Source: an uncultured Candidatus Poseidoniales archaeon
Lineage (GTDB): Archaea > Thermoplasmatota > Poseidoniia > Poseidoniales > Poseidoniaceae
Assembly: GCA_964412625.1 (NCBI GenBank)
Contig: CAYPPO010000001.1
Coordinates: 2,323-66,322, forward strand
Reading direction: 5' to 3'
DNA: 64,000 nucleotides
Under the pieces are notes generated by a model that was not told the DNA's origin, made no database searches, and saw only the letters and a program-made list of their open reading frames with translations. A program made the translations under genes and the position numbers. Below, in pieces: positions 25,902-34,536 of the stretch. Within the stretch, counting starts at the first letter, position 1. Each line of letters begins with the position of its first letter.

Positions 25902-27290
25902 TTAGTCTCGCCAGGTTGCATAACTCTGCTTCAAACCTGTGTGTTTTGTAGACTCTACACTGGGATATGCACCCCAGTATGATTCTCGCATTTCTTGATT
26001 TGCTGACATACAAGCTTCAACATCTGAGGGCCGGTCACCAAGAGATGTACTTTGATTTAGATGCGCAATTATTGGCTCAATATTGGAAAGGTTAACCAAT
26101 CCCCAACCAGTTTGAGTACAAGGCATAACTGGTGAGATAGGCATGGTTCCAGATGTTGGGTCCCAACCGAAATCAGGATACCATGCTGATAGATTAATTG
26201 CTTCTCTTATTTGAGCATTAGAAACGGTGAAGTTATCTCCTGAGACAAGCATGCCGCCACGCTCTTCAGATGCTCCAGAACCATTATCGCCAAATTCTCC
26301 ACGAAGATTTTGCAAAACGAAAGAAATAATTCCGGCAGTTCTTGGAGTTGCAAAAGAGGTCCCCGAGGTTTCATGATAGCCATCTATATCGTCATGATTC
26401 GGCAAATATTGTGTCCAGTCAGCTGAAATATCTGGATAAGAACCAGACATTATTTCCTTTTGATCGTCACCTTCTTCAGCATATCCGGCGATACCAATCG
26501 ACCAAGGTGGCCCCGCTGTAGCATCTTGAATTGCTGGAGAGGGAGAGTTGTCGGCTGCACCAGTATGCAACTTATTCTTCTCAACTACTGCGACTTTCGT
26601 CGCATCTTCAATACCCGGAACAGGAATTGAACCAATCGCTCCAAAGGAAGTCGAAATTACATCTACTAACGGCTGATTTGCTGCAGCTAACACTGCAGTA
26701 TCTGAAAATCCCTCAACAAAGAAAATAACCGCTTCCGGATTTGCATCGATAACCGAACCTGTAACAGCCGTACCGTGGCCGTCGGATGGATCATCCAGAA
26801 TTAGGATGCCTCCGTCTCCATCTGGGGAAGTACCGATGATTTTAGTTCCGGGGAAATAGACAATGTCTGAAGTTGTAAGATTGTCCCAACAACTTGTTCT
26901 GTCAGCATCATACCTCTCTTGCCATGTTCCATTGAAAGTTAGATCGCAAACTTTGTTGACACCAAGATCGTCAAGAAGCCATTGTGGATAGGTTTCGTTA
27001 GTTCGGAAATGATCGTGATATACATTAATACCCGTGTCGATGGGTGCTACGACCGAGAAAGCTCTCCAGTCACTTGATTCATTTTCCGACTCAGCCATCG
27101 AGACAGTGTCTTCATCGGGGGAATAGGCGATTACTAGGAATAACGCACTGATTAAAATTGATGCAATGAGGAGACCAGCAAAAACGTTGCCAGAAGAATC
27201 ACCACTGACTAATTCAGCCTCCAATACCTCCGCCATGGATGACTGTGGTACCCTTGTTAAATCAATATAACTAAACATTGTACAATTCAT
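25902..27290 (-). CDS. N-terminally membrane-anchored S8-family peptidase (divergent)
   Basis: TM VFAGLLIASILISALFLVIAY. Triad blocks VAPIDTGINVYH, DGHGTAVTG, SGTSFATPRTAGI. Confidence 0.7.
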   Translation of the reverse strand: MNCTMFSYIDLTRVPQSSMAEVLEAELVSGDSSGNVFAGLLIASILISALFLVIAYSPDEDTVSMAESENESSDWRAFSVVAPIDTGINVYHDHFRTNETYPQWLLDDLGVNKVCDLTFNGTWQERYDADRTSCWDNLTTSDIVYFPGTKIIGTSPDGDGGILILDDPSDGHGTAVTGSVIDANPEAVIFFVEGFSDTAVLAAANQPLVDVISTSFGAIGSIPVPGIEDATKVAVVEKNKLHTGAADNSPSPAIQDATAGPPWSIGIAGYAEEGDDQKEIMSGSYPDISADWTQYLPNHDDIDGYHETSGTSFATPRTAGIISFVLQNLRGEFGDNGSGASEERGGMLVSGDNFTVSNAQIREAINLSAWYPDFGWDPTSGTMPISPVMPCTQTGWGLVNLSNIEPIIAHLNQSTSLGDRPSDVEACMSANQEMRESYWGAYPSVESTKHTGLKQSYATWRD

Positions 27291-27339
27291 TACGGCCTAA
27301 ATTGGTTATATTCAAGCAAGAGAGATTACTGGATTAGCC

Positions 27340-28470
27340 ATGGAGGGTGATTTCTCTACTGAACATCTACCCTTTCCAATGCCCGCTAGAAAATATACAC
27401 TCTCTCAGGAATGGCGTGATTTAACATTCATGCATTGGGAAGTCGAAGTTGACAAATTGACACCGCATCTCCCGGAGGGACTTGACGTGGACACGTTTGA
27501 AGGCAAAGCTTTCATTGGAGTTGTTCCCTTTGTTATGAAAAATGTCAGACCCACCTGGTTTTTCAGCACCCCCTTTGTATCGACATTCCCCGAATATAAC
27601 ATTCGAACATATGTCACGAAAGATGGAATTCCCGGCGTATTTTTTCTAACTTTAGAAGCCCAAAGCCTCGTAACTTGTAGTTATGCTCCAAAAGCCTACG
27701 GGCTTCCATACAGATATGCCAAAGGGAGGGTAAAAAAACATGGTAAAAATGTCAACTGGCATAGTTCTAGAAACAATGGAAATTTGAAATTAATTGGTAG
27801 TACCGAAATCATTGGAGACCTTCAGCAAGCACTACCCGGCACTTTAGAAGAATTTCTTTTTGAGCGATATAGTTTGTATACAAGCAAAAATGGTAAGATT
27901 ATGAGAGGCTACACACATCACAAAAAATGGAGTTTCCAACTAGCTAAAGTAGCAATAACAGATAACTCACTCACCGAAAGTTTTGCTTTAGGAATCAAAA
28001 ATTTGTCATCTCCAGAACTGGTTCACTTTTCATCTGGAGTCAATGTAAGAACTTATTCTATAGAAATTGCTGAACGTATTGGTACAGACATAAACAAAGA
28101 TTTCTTATTTTTAGATGGCGATTGTGGCCTGTGTCACAGACTTGCTACATTTATGGATAAAAGAATGAGAAAGGGTGCTAACATAGGCTACCGGCCGAAT
28201 AGTTCTGATGATGCAAAACGAATTATTGAAGCAATGCCAGAAAGATACATCAAAGCCGATACGGTGTACCTAGTTCGAAACGGTAAACCGTATATGAAAT
28301 CGAGTGCTGCAATAAGATGTCTGCTCTACATGAAGTGGCATTACAGACTCCTATTTCCACTCTGTTGGATAATACCTTTGCCATTAAGGAATGTCGCTTA
28401 CAGCATCGTTGCTCGCTTCAGACATAAAATATTCAAGCAACCAAAAGTCTGCTCATTTAGAATTGACTAA
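27340..28470 (+). CDS. Fusion protein: DUF2071 (COG3361) N-terminal domain plus DCC-family thiol-disulfide oxidoreductase (DUF393) C-terminal domain
   Basis: WRDLTFMHWEVEVDKLTPHLPEGLDVDTFEGKAFIGVVPFVM is a DUF2071 block. FLFLDGDCGLCHRLATFM is the DxxCxxC motif of DCC proteins. Confidence 0.65.
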   Translation: MEGDFSTEHLPFPMPARKYTLSQEWRDLTFMHWEVEVDKLTPHLPEGLDVDTFEGKAFIGVVPFVMKNVRPTWFFSTPFVSTFPEYNIRTYVTKDGIPGVFFLTLEAQSLVTCSYAPKAYGLPYRYAKGRVKKHGKNVNWHSSRNNGNLKLIGSTEIIGDLQQALPGTLEEFLFERYSLYTSKNGKIMRGYTHHKKWSFQLAKVAITDNSLTESFALGIKNLSSPELVHFSSGVNVRTYSIEIAERIGTDINKDFLFLDGDCGLCHRLATFMDKRMRKGANIGYRPNSSDDAKRIIEAMPERYIKADTVYLVRNGKPYMKSSAAIRCLLYMKWHYRLLFPLCWIIPLPLRNVAYSIVARFRHKIFKQPKVCSFRID

Positions 28471-28535
28471 ATCAATCATAATCTTACTCACATATACGCC
28501 GCCGTTTTGAAATGTAAACCCATCTAGGGTTGTGC

Positions 28536-29084
28536 ATGGACGACAAGAGTCAGCGTATGGTTTGGATTGACCTAGAAATGACTGGACTTGATATTGAAAA
28601 AGAATCAATTATCGAAATTGCCACGGTGATCACCGATAGTGAACTGAATATTATTGCTCAGGGGCCAAATCTAGCTGTATCTGTCTCAGAGGAATTGCTT
28701 GCCGGCATGGATGAGTGGAATACCACTCATCATAATCAAAGTGGCCTTGTTGAGAGGATAAGACATGAGGGGGTCTCAATCTCAGAGGCGCAGCAACAAA
28801 CTCTCGAATTTCTCAAGCAGTGGGTGAATCCAAAAACCGCGCCGTTGTGTGGCAACAGTGTGTGGAATGACCGAAGATTCCTCGACAAAGAAATGCCTCT
28901 TGTTGCTGATTATTTGCATTACAGGATGGTTGATGTGTCGACAATCAAGGAATTAGCGAGAAGATGGTACCCAAAAGTCGACAAATACCGCAAAAAACTA
29001 TCGCACTTAGCATTGGATGATATCTTAGAATCAATAGAAGAATTACAATATTTCAGGGATAAGGTATTTCAAAACTCAATTTGA
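28536..29084 (+). CDS. orn: Oligoribonuclease (DEDDh 3'-5' exoribonuclease)
   Basis: MVWIDLEMTGLD..IIEIATVITD, CGNSVWNDRRFL, HYRMVDVSTIKELARRW, HLALDDILESIEEL. ATG 28536 preferred over the TTG at 28530. Confidence 0.85.
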   Translation: MDDKSQRMVWIDLEMTGLDIEKESIIEIATVITDSELNIIAQGPNLAVSVSEELLAGMDEWNTTHHNQSGLVERIRHEGVSISEAQQQTLEFLKQWVNPKTAPLCGNSVWNDRRFLDKEMPLVADYLHYRMVDVSTIKELARRWYPKVDKYRKKLSHLALDDILESIEELQYFRDKVFQNSI

Positions 29085-29957
29085 CCCTCGCCAATTCTTC
29101 TCATCAGGTGAAACTCCTTTCAGCAAAGAAAGGATTTGTGCAGTTACTGCTATGGCAATTTCCTCTGGTGATTCAGCACCAATGTTAATTCCAATTGGAC
29201 AGATTACTTGATCTAAAAGTTTGACTCTAATTCCCTTGTTTTGTGCTGCTTTGGAGAATGCGTGCCACTTACTACGACTACCAATTACTCCAATTCTTGG
29301 AAAACTTACACCATCTAAACTAGCATCGTTTTCTTGGCAAAGTTTGAGCAACCCCAGCAATCTATCTTGGTCCTCAGACCAGTCGTGACCGAGCAACAAA
29401 ATGTCAGAAAATCGCTTAATTGATTCATGTGTTTCATGGTTAAGAAAGTCATTGACGGACGAGTGGATTAACTCACTGGCCTCAGGGAATGCGACCTCAT
29501 CACAATAATTCTGCCTTGAATCAGTAACTGAATGATTCCAATTTAGGGAAGCGATGGTTTTGGCTAGCGAATTGGCGCAATGACCGCCGCCCATCATAAG
29601 AATGTGAGGTGGTGGAATTATCATTTCAATTGACACCGTCACTCTACCCCCACATAGTGAATCCAAAGGTTGCACTTCATAGCCCTTCGCACCTTTATTT
29701 AAGCCAAATGTTTGAACTTCACCATAAGGTTCATGATAATCGGCAAGTATTTCCCTACATCTACCAATTACTTTCAATTCCAAACCAGCACCACCGATCG
29801 TTCCATGGAATGAGTCTACCGACTCTGCAATCGCCAGTCTTGCACCAACTTTACCTGGGACGCTACCGGATGTTTGGACGACGCTTGCAATCACGACTTT
29901 TCGCCTTTTTGCCAACTTGTCAACCGCCCAAGCCAGCGTCTGTTTCGTCATGTTCAA
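29076..29957 (-). CDS. xdhC: XdhC/CoxI-family molybdoenzyme maturation protein
   Basis: VIASVVQTSGSVPGKVGARLAI (XdhC_CoxI N-domain) and ILMMGGGHCANSLA Rossmann-like C-domain. The 3' end overlaps orn by 9 nt (convergent). Confidence 0.8.
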   Translation of the reverse strand: MNMTKQTLAWAVDKLAKRRKVVIASVVQTSGSVPGKVGARLAIAESVDSFHGTIGGAGLELKVIGRCREILADYHEPYGEVQTFGLNKGAKGYEVQPLDSLCGGRVTVSIEMIIPPPHILMMGGGHCANSLAKTIASLNWNHSVTDSRQNYCDEVAFPEASELIHSSVNDFLNHETHESIKRFSDILLLGHDWSEDQDRLLGLLKLCQENDASLDGVSFPRIGVIGSRSKWHAFSKAAQNKGIRVKLLDQVICPIGINIGAESPEEIAIAVTAQILSLLKGVSPDEKNWRGSN

Positions 29958-29989
29958 CCCTAATGTTCTTCACACATACTATTTGCGTT

Positions 29990-30580
29990 TCAAAGTTCAT
30001 CAAAATATTCTGAATATTTAGCAAGTTCAAGTAAATCCTCTGGAGTGTCAATATTCAATTTCAGCAGCGCATCAGAAACCTCGGTATTTTCGAACTCAAC
30101 CACATCCCTTAGTGGAATATCGTCTGCCGAACTCAAAATTGCAAGTAAGTCGTTTTTTACTATCTTTACTGGGTGCCCTTTTACCCCATCTTGATACAGA
30201 CATGATGAGTTACTTGCCTCAACCAGTTGTGTAATATGAAATGACTTCCAACCCGGTCTATCGATTGGAGACATAATTAATCCATTTGGTACTCGCCCAA
30301 TGTCTGCCATTATTGATTTCAAAGCCACCTTTAAACTGCCCGTTCTGCCTCTTTCGGGGCTATTATTTACCACAACAACAGCACCGTTTGAATTCAAAAG
30401 GGTATCGAATTGAAGTTCTTTGTTAACAACTACCACAACAGGATTACAGCCAGCGAGTTGCAATTTTTCAACGGCGTATGAAATCAAGGTTTTATCGTTG
30501 ACTCGAACCAATGACTTTGGCCTCCCAAGACGTTTACTGGAGCCGCTATTGAGGATTATTGCGGGTAATGATTTTGTCAA
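29990..30580 (-). CDS. mocA: MobA/MocA-like molybdenum cofactor nucleotidyltransferase
   Basis: AIILNSGSSKRLGRPKSLVRVNDKTLISY is the NTP_transf_3 N-terminal block. Adjacent to xdhC. Confidence 0.7.
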   Translation of the reverse strand: MTKSLPAIILNSGSSKRLGRPKSLVRVNDKTLISYAVEKLQLAGCNPVVVVVNKELQFDTLLNSNGAVVVVNNSPERGRTGSLKVALKSIMADIGRVPNGLIMSPIDRPGWKSFHITQLVEASNSSCLYQDGVKGHPVKIVKNDLLAILSSADDIPLRDVVEFENTEVSDALLKLNIDTPEDLLELAKYSEYFDEL

Positions 30581-30604
30581 ACCTTACACCTCGATTCCTT
30601 AGTG

Positions 30605-31753
30605 TCAGAAATCTTTGGTTATTTCGCGGCCGATTATCATTCTCTGGACTTGTGACGACCCTTCGTAGATTTGCATAACTTTAGCGGCCCTCATCAACCT
30701 AGCAACCGGGTATTCTTCTGAGTAACCATAGCCACCGAATACTTGTACTGCATCAGTAGACACCTCCATTGCTGTATCAGCTGCGAAACGTTTTGCATGA
30801 GCAGCAGATTCCGTGTTACGAATTCCTTGATCTGATTCAAACGCAGATTTCCATGTCAACATTCTTGACGCCTCTATTTTGGTTTTCATATCAGCCAACA
30901 TAAACTGAATGGCTTGGTGTTTGTGCAGCGGTTTTCCAAAGGTCATTCTTTCATTCGAGTATTGTAGAGCATGCTCGTATGACGCTCTTGCTAATCCTGT
31001 TGCATGAGCTGCAATGTTTGGGCGACTCAAATCGAATGCTTTCATCGCATTCATCCATCCACCGGACTCGTTTTCGCCAATAAGCTGATCTTTTTTCACC
31101 CTCACATTATCGAAAACTATTGACCTTGTATCTGAGCACCTTTGGCCCATATTGGTTTCTTTTTTACCCAAGGAAAATCCTTCTGCATCTTTCTCAACAA
31201 TGAATCCTGACATTCCATGATAACCAGCATCGGGATCTGTCTTTGCTAAAACGAAGAAGAAATCAGAATACCCTGCACCGGTTATCCACATTTTCTCGCC
31301 ATTAATCACATATTCATCCCCATCTAGAACCGCTGTCGTTTTACATGCTGCAACATCTGAACCTGCCCCCGGTTCAGTAACCGCATAGGAGGCTAGTTGA
31401 CCTTCTTCAGCAACCCTTCTGAGCCAGATTTCTTTTTGTTGTTCTGTTGCGCCGGTGATAATCGGTGCACATGCAAGTGCTGTGGCATAAGCAGCGGTAG
31501 CAAAACCAGGGTCGCCCCATGCTAGTTCTTCGTTGACAAGAACTTCCTCAATACAACCTAAACCCAATCCACCGTATTTTTCTGGTATGTGCAAGTTTAG
31601 AATACCTACCTCATGGGCTGCTGAGATAGCCTCCTTTGGATATTGTGAATTTTCATCCCAATGCTCTGCATTTGGTCGCACCTCTTCGAGAGCAAAATCG
31701 CGAGCTAGGTCTCTTAGACCCTCCTGCATATCGTCTAGTTTGAAGTTGACCAT
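30605..31753 (-). CDS. Acyl-CoA dehydrogenase
   Basis: ASYAVTEPGAGSDVAA, GEKMWITGAG, QVFGGYGYSEEYPVARLMRAAKVMQIYEGSSQVQRMIIGREI. ATG 31753 avoids overlap with the upstream exchanger gene. Confidence 0.9.
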   Translation of the reverse strand: MVNFKLDDMQEGLRDLARDFALEEVRPNAEHWDENSQYPKEAISAAHEVGILNLHIPEKYGGLGLGCIEEVLVNEELAWGDPGFATAAYATALACAPIITGATEQQKEIWLRRVAEEGQLASYAVTEPGAGSDVAACKTTAVLDGDEYVINGEKMWITGAGYSDFFFVLAKTDPDAGYHGMSGFIVEKDAEGFSLGKKETNMGQRCSDTRSIVFDNVRVKKDQLIGENESGGWMNAMKAFDLSRPNIAAHATGLARASYEHALQYSNERMTFGKPLHKHQAIQFMLADMKTKIEASRMLTWKSAFESDQGIRNTESAAHAKRFAADTAMEVSTDAVQVFGGYGYSEEYPVARLMRAAKVMQIYEGSSQVQRMIIGREITKDF

Positions 31754-31790
31754 GACAATCCGAAAAGGTGGGAGGTTAATATTCCATGGT

Positions 31791-32936
31791 TTAGAACCCC
31801 ACACGTCTGAAGTATTCACAAACGCCAAGGAACATGAAATATAGTACAATCAATATCATTCCTTCCCACTTTCTAAATTCATAGGAGGTCCGCATCAGTA
31901 GCAATGCTACTGCAGTGCTTATTATCGAAGCAGGCAGAATTACTAGCATAATCATGTCTGCACCAGCATCAGTAAGATAGAGTGGATGGACTGCTGAAGC
32001 GATTCCAATCGACAATAGTGGATCGGTAATATTCGAGCCAATCAGCGTCCCGATAGCAACACCTTGCGAACGTTTGGCAGCCATAAATGCAATGGTTAAT
32101 TCAGGAAGTGATGTACCCAAACCAGAAACTACAGTACCGATAATTGAATGAGGAATATTCATTTCGTAGGCCAAATCGCTGGCATTTACAACTAAATGAT
32201 GTGCAGCAAACACTGCTAGTGCTAATCCTGTGAGAACCATCACGAAATAAGCAGCTCCAGACCATGATAGGCTTCGTAGTTCGATTGATTCTGCCTCACC
32301 ACCAGTTTCTTCATCCATTATCTCTTTTCTATTGTACAACAACCAACTGATATAAGCAACGTAAAGGCTGGATAAGATAATTCCCTCTAGCCTTGTAATT
32401 CCCTCATCTGTAACTAGGAATAACGTCATCAAAAGTAAAGACAACATCATAATCAAACCATCTCGATTTAGCCATGAGGGTCTAATTTTAAGTCCCTTAG
32501 CAAGTGCAACAAAACCCAGAATTAGCGTGATTTGAACTAAGACAGAGCCCAAAATCCCACCGATTGCAAAGTCTGCCACCTCAGGATTTTTCTCGACGTT
32601 AAGGGCGGATGTAGAGGTGACTAGTATCTCGGGAAGTGAAGTGCCAATCGATACAATGGTTAAGCCAATTACTACTTCCGGAATACCGCCTCTTCTGGCC
32701 AAGCCTTTGGCTCCTTCAATAAAAAAATCGGCTGATACAACCAATAATCCAAGGGCGAGGAGTAGAATAATTATGGAGTAAAGGATATTACTCCCACCCA
32801 GACTTGCAGAGAGTATTTGACTGCCAACAATTGCTAGAAACAAAGTCGCCAATATTAACAGGGTGTTAAATTGGAGCAGTTGAGGGATTCCCATCAACTT
32901 CGCGTCCTGCGCCATAACCTTCCGTGTAAGTATCAC
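31791..32936 (-). CDS. Ca2+/cation antiporter (CaCA family, YrbG-like)
   Basis: Two alpha-repeats, GLTIVSIGTSLPEILVTS and VVSGLGTSLPELTIAFMAAK, within about 10 TM helices. Confidence 0.85.
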   Translation of the reverse strand: MILTRKVMAQDAKLMGIPQLLQFNTLLILATLFLAIVGSQILSASLGGSNILYSIIILLLALGLLVVSADFFIEGAKGLARRGGIPEVVIGLTIVSIGTSLPEILVTSTSALNVEKNPEVADFAIGGILGSVLVQITLILGFVALAKGLKIRPSWLNRDGLIMMLSLLLMTLFLVTDEGITRLEGIILSSLYVAYISWLLYNRKEIMDEETGGEAESIELRSLSWSGAAYFVMVLTGLALAVFAAHHLVVNASDLAYEMNIPHSIIGTVVSGLGTSLPELTIAFMAAKRSQGVAIGTLIGSNITDPLLSIGIASAVHPLYLTDAGADMIMLVILPASIISTAVALLLMRTSYEFRKWEGMILIVLYFMFLGVCEYFRRVGF

Positions 32937-33012
32937 TTATTCACAATTATGTAAAATCTCATCTGCCTTGATTGGGATTTAATTCAAAAACCTTCAGTAG
33001 TTCGGATGAACC

Positions 33013-33270
33013 ATGACCGAGAAGCGTATCATCCGCAAACTGAAGAAACTTGCTTCGAGGATTAATAGTAAAATCGAGTCTGTAAGAGATGAAATGGATG
33101 ACCTTGAGATCGAATTTGAACTACTTCAACAGCACATCAATAAGTTGGAAGCAAAAGCAAAAGCAACTGCGCCTAACTCTGACGAAGTCGCTGTTATCCT
33201 CGAGGATGATGAAGAACAAGAAATCGACTTGGAGAATTCAAGCGCTGTTGGAGTTCCAAGAAAATTCTAA
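33013..33270 (+). CDS. Small coiled-coil protein with acidic tail, unknown function
   Basis: 85-aa ORF. Basic N-terminus, heptad-like ESVRDEMDDLEIEFELLQQHINKLEAKAK. Only the ORF and codon-like composition support it. Confidence 0.35.
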   Translation: MTEKRIIRKLKKLASRINSKIESVRDEMDDLEIEFELLQQHINKLEAKAKATAPNSDEVAVILEDDEEQEIDLENSSAVGVPRKF

Positions 33271-34452
33271 TCAATTTTCACTTAAGATATCCGCTAATCG
33301 CCGTGAGATCAAATCACCAACCATACTACAAGTTGCGTCACCGCCAAGATCGTAAGTCAGATGCTTACCTTCTGCTAAGTGAGCAGAAACACTTGTTTCT
33401 ATTGCAGTGGCAATATCTAGTATATCTTGGCTATTGTTTTTCCTGCCTAACCACTCCATCATCATTTGAATTGAGTTTATTGAAGCGATGGGGTTGACTT
33501 TATTCATGCCAGCATATTTTGGCGCAGAACCATGAACAGGTTCGAAAAATGCGTGGTCATCACCGATATTTCCTGAGCCTGCCATACCCATTCCGCCTTG
33601 CAGAACGGAGGCTAAATCTGTAGCAATATCGCCAAACATATTCGACGTAACAACAACATCATAATGTTCCGGAATCCTTGTCAACCACTGGGTGAATGCG
33701 TCGATATAACCATAATCTGTAGAAATATTCGGATAGTGCTTTGCAACTTTGTCGAAGGTTCTTCTGAAAAGTTGACAACCTCTGGTTACGTTACTCTTGT
33801 CTATACAGGAGACTCTACTGACACCGTCTAGTGGTGCTCCATTTCTGGTTCTTGAAATCTCGAATCCCATTTTTACTAGTCGCTCTGTTCCGTGTGATGA
33901 TATTGGCCTAGGATCGTACACAACTTCACCGTGCAAGTCGGGGAATTCTACTTCGGGTATCACATATTCATCTAACCCTTGAGCACGATTGGAGGCTCGC
34001 TTTAGCAATGAATGATACAAACCTTCTGTGTTTTCTCTCAGTATCGTCATGTCGACCATTTCTGGTTCCCATATCTGTCTAAACTTTCCGTGTACTTTGT
34101 GCATTACTCCATCGAACAGCTTAACAGGTCTGACGTTAGCATACAAATCTAATCCAGATCTCAAACCCAAAATTACCGAGCCACCCGCTAAGTCGCCGTT
34201 TGACAAGTATGCACCTGGGTGGCCGATCGCGCCAAGAAAAATCGCGTCGGCTTCTTCACGGCAGAATTCAAATGAGCCTTCCGCCCACTCTTCGCCGGTT
34301 TCTTTGTAATTTTGCCCACCACAAGCAATCTCGGTTAAGTCAAAGCCTATGTTGGTATTTTGACTAATGGTGTGAAAGATTTTTTCGGCTTCTAGAGCAA
34401 CTTCTCGCCCTGTTCCGTCGCCGGGTAATATCGCTATGCTGAAGTCGCTCAT
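33271..34452 (-). CDS. Isopropylmalate / tartrate / isocitrate dehydrogenase-family beta-decarboxylating dehydrogenase
   Basis: IAILPGDGTGREV, YANVRP, LRENTEGLY, SNMFGDIATDLASVLQGGMGMAGSGNIG. ATG 34452 (MSDFSIAILPGDG) preferred. Confidence 0.8.
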   Translation of the reverse strand: MSDFSIAILPGDGTGREVALEAEKIFHTISQNTNIGFDLTEIACGGQNYKETGEEWAEGSFEFCREEADAIFLGAIGHPGAYLSNGDLAGGSVILGLRSGLDLYANVRPVKLFDGVMHKVHGKFRQIWEPEMVDMTILRENTEGLYHSLLKRASNRAQGLDEYVIPEVEFPDLHGEVVYDPRPISSHGTERLVKMGFEISRTRNGAPLDGVSRVSCIDKSNVTRGCQLFRRTFDKVAKHYPNISTDYGYIDAFTQWLTRIPEHYDVVVTSNMFGDIATDLASVLQGGMGMAGSGNIGDDHAFFEPVHGSAPKYAGMNKVNPIASINSIQMMMEWLGRKNNSQDILDIATAIETSVSAHLAEGKHLTYDLGGDATCSMVGDLISRRLADILSEN

Positions 34453-34536
34453 GATTGCTCCACTAGCAACTGGTAAATGAACGAAACTGTACAACTTGGC
34501 GACAAAAATTCGCTGATTTATAAAGCAAATCGAAAT

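Noticed and set aside
33013-33270. The small ORFs 33013-33270 and 47775-47990 as a toxin-antitoxin pair or ubiquitin-like SAMP partner for the E1-like enzyme
   Set aside because: They are unpaired and far apart. Neither ends in Gly-Gly and neither shows a known toxin or antitoxin motif. They are kept as low-confidence hypothetical CDSs.
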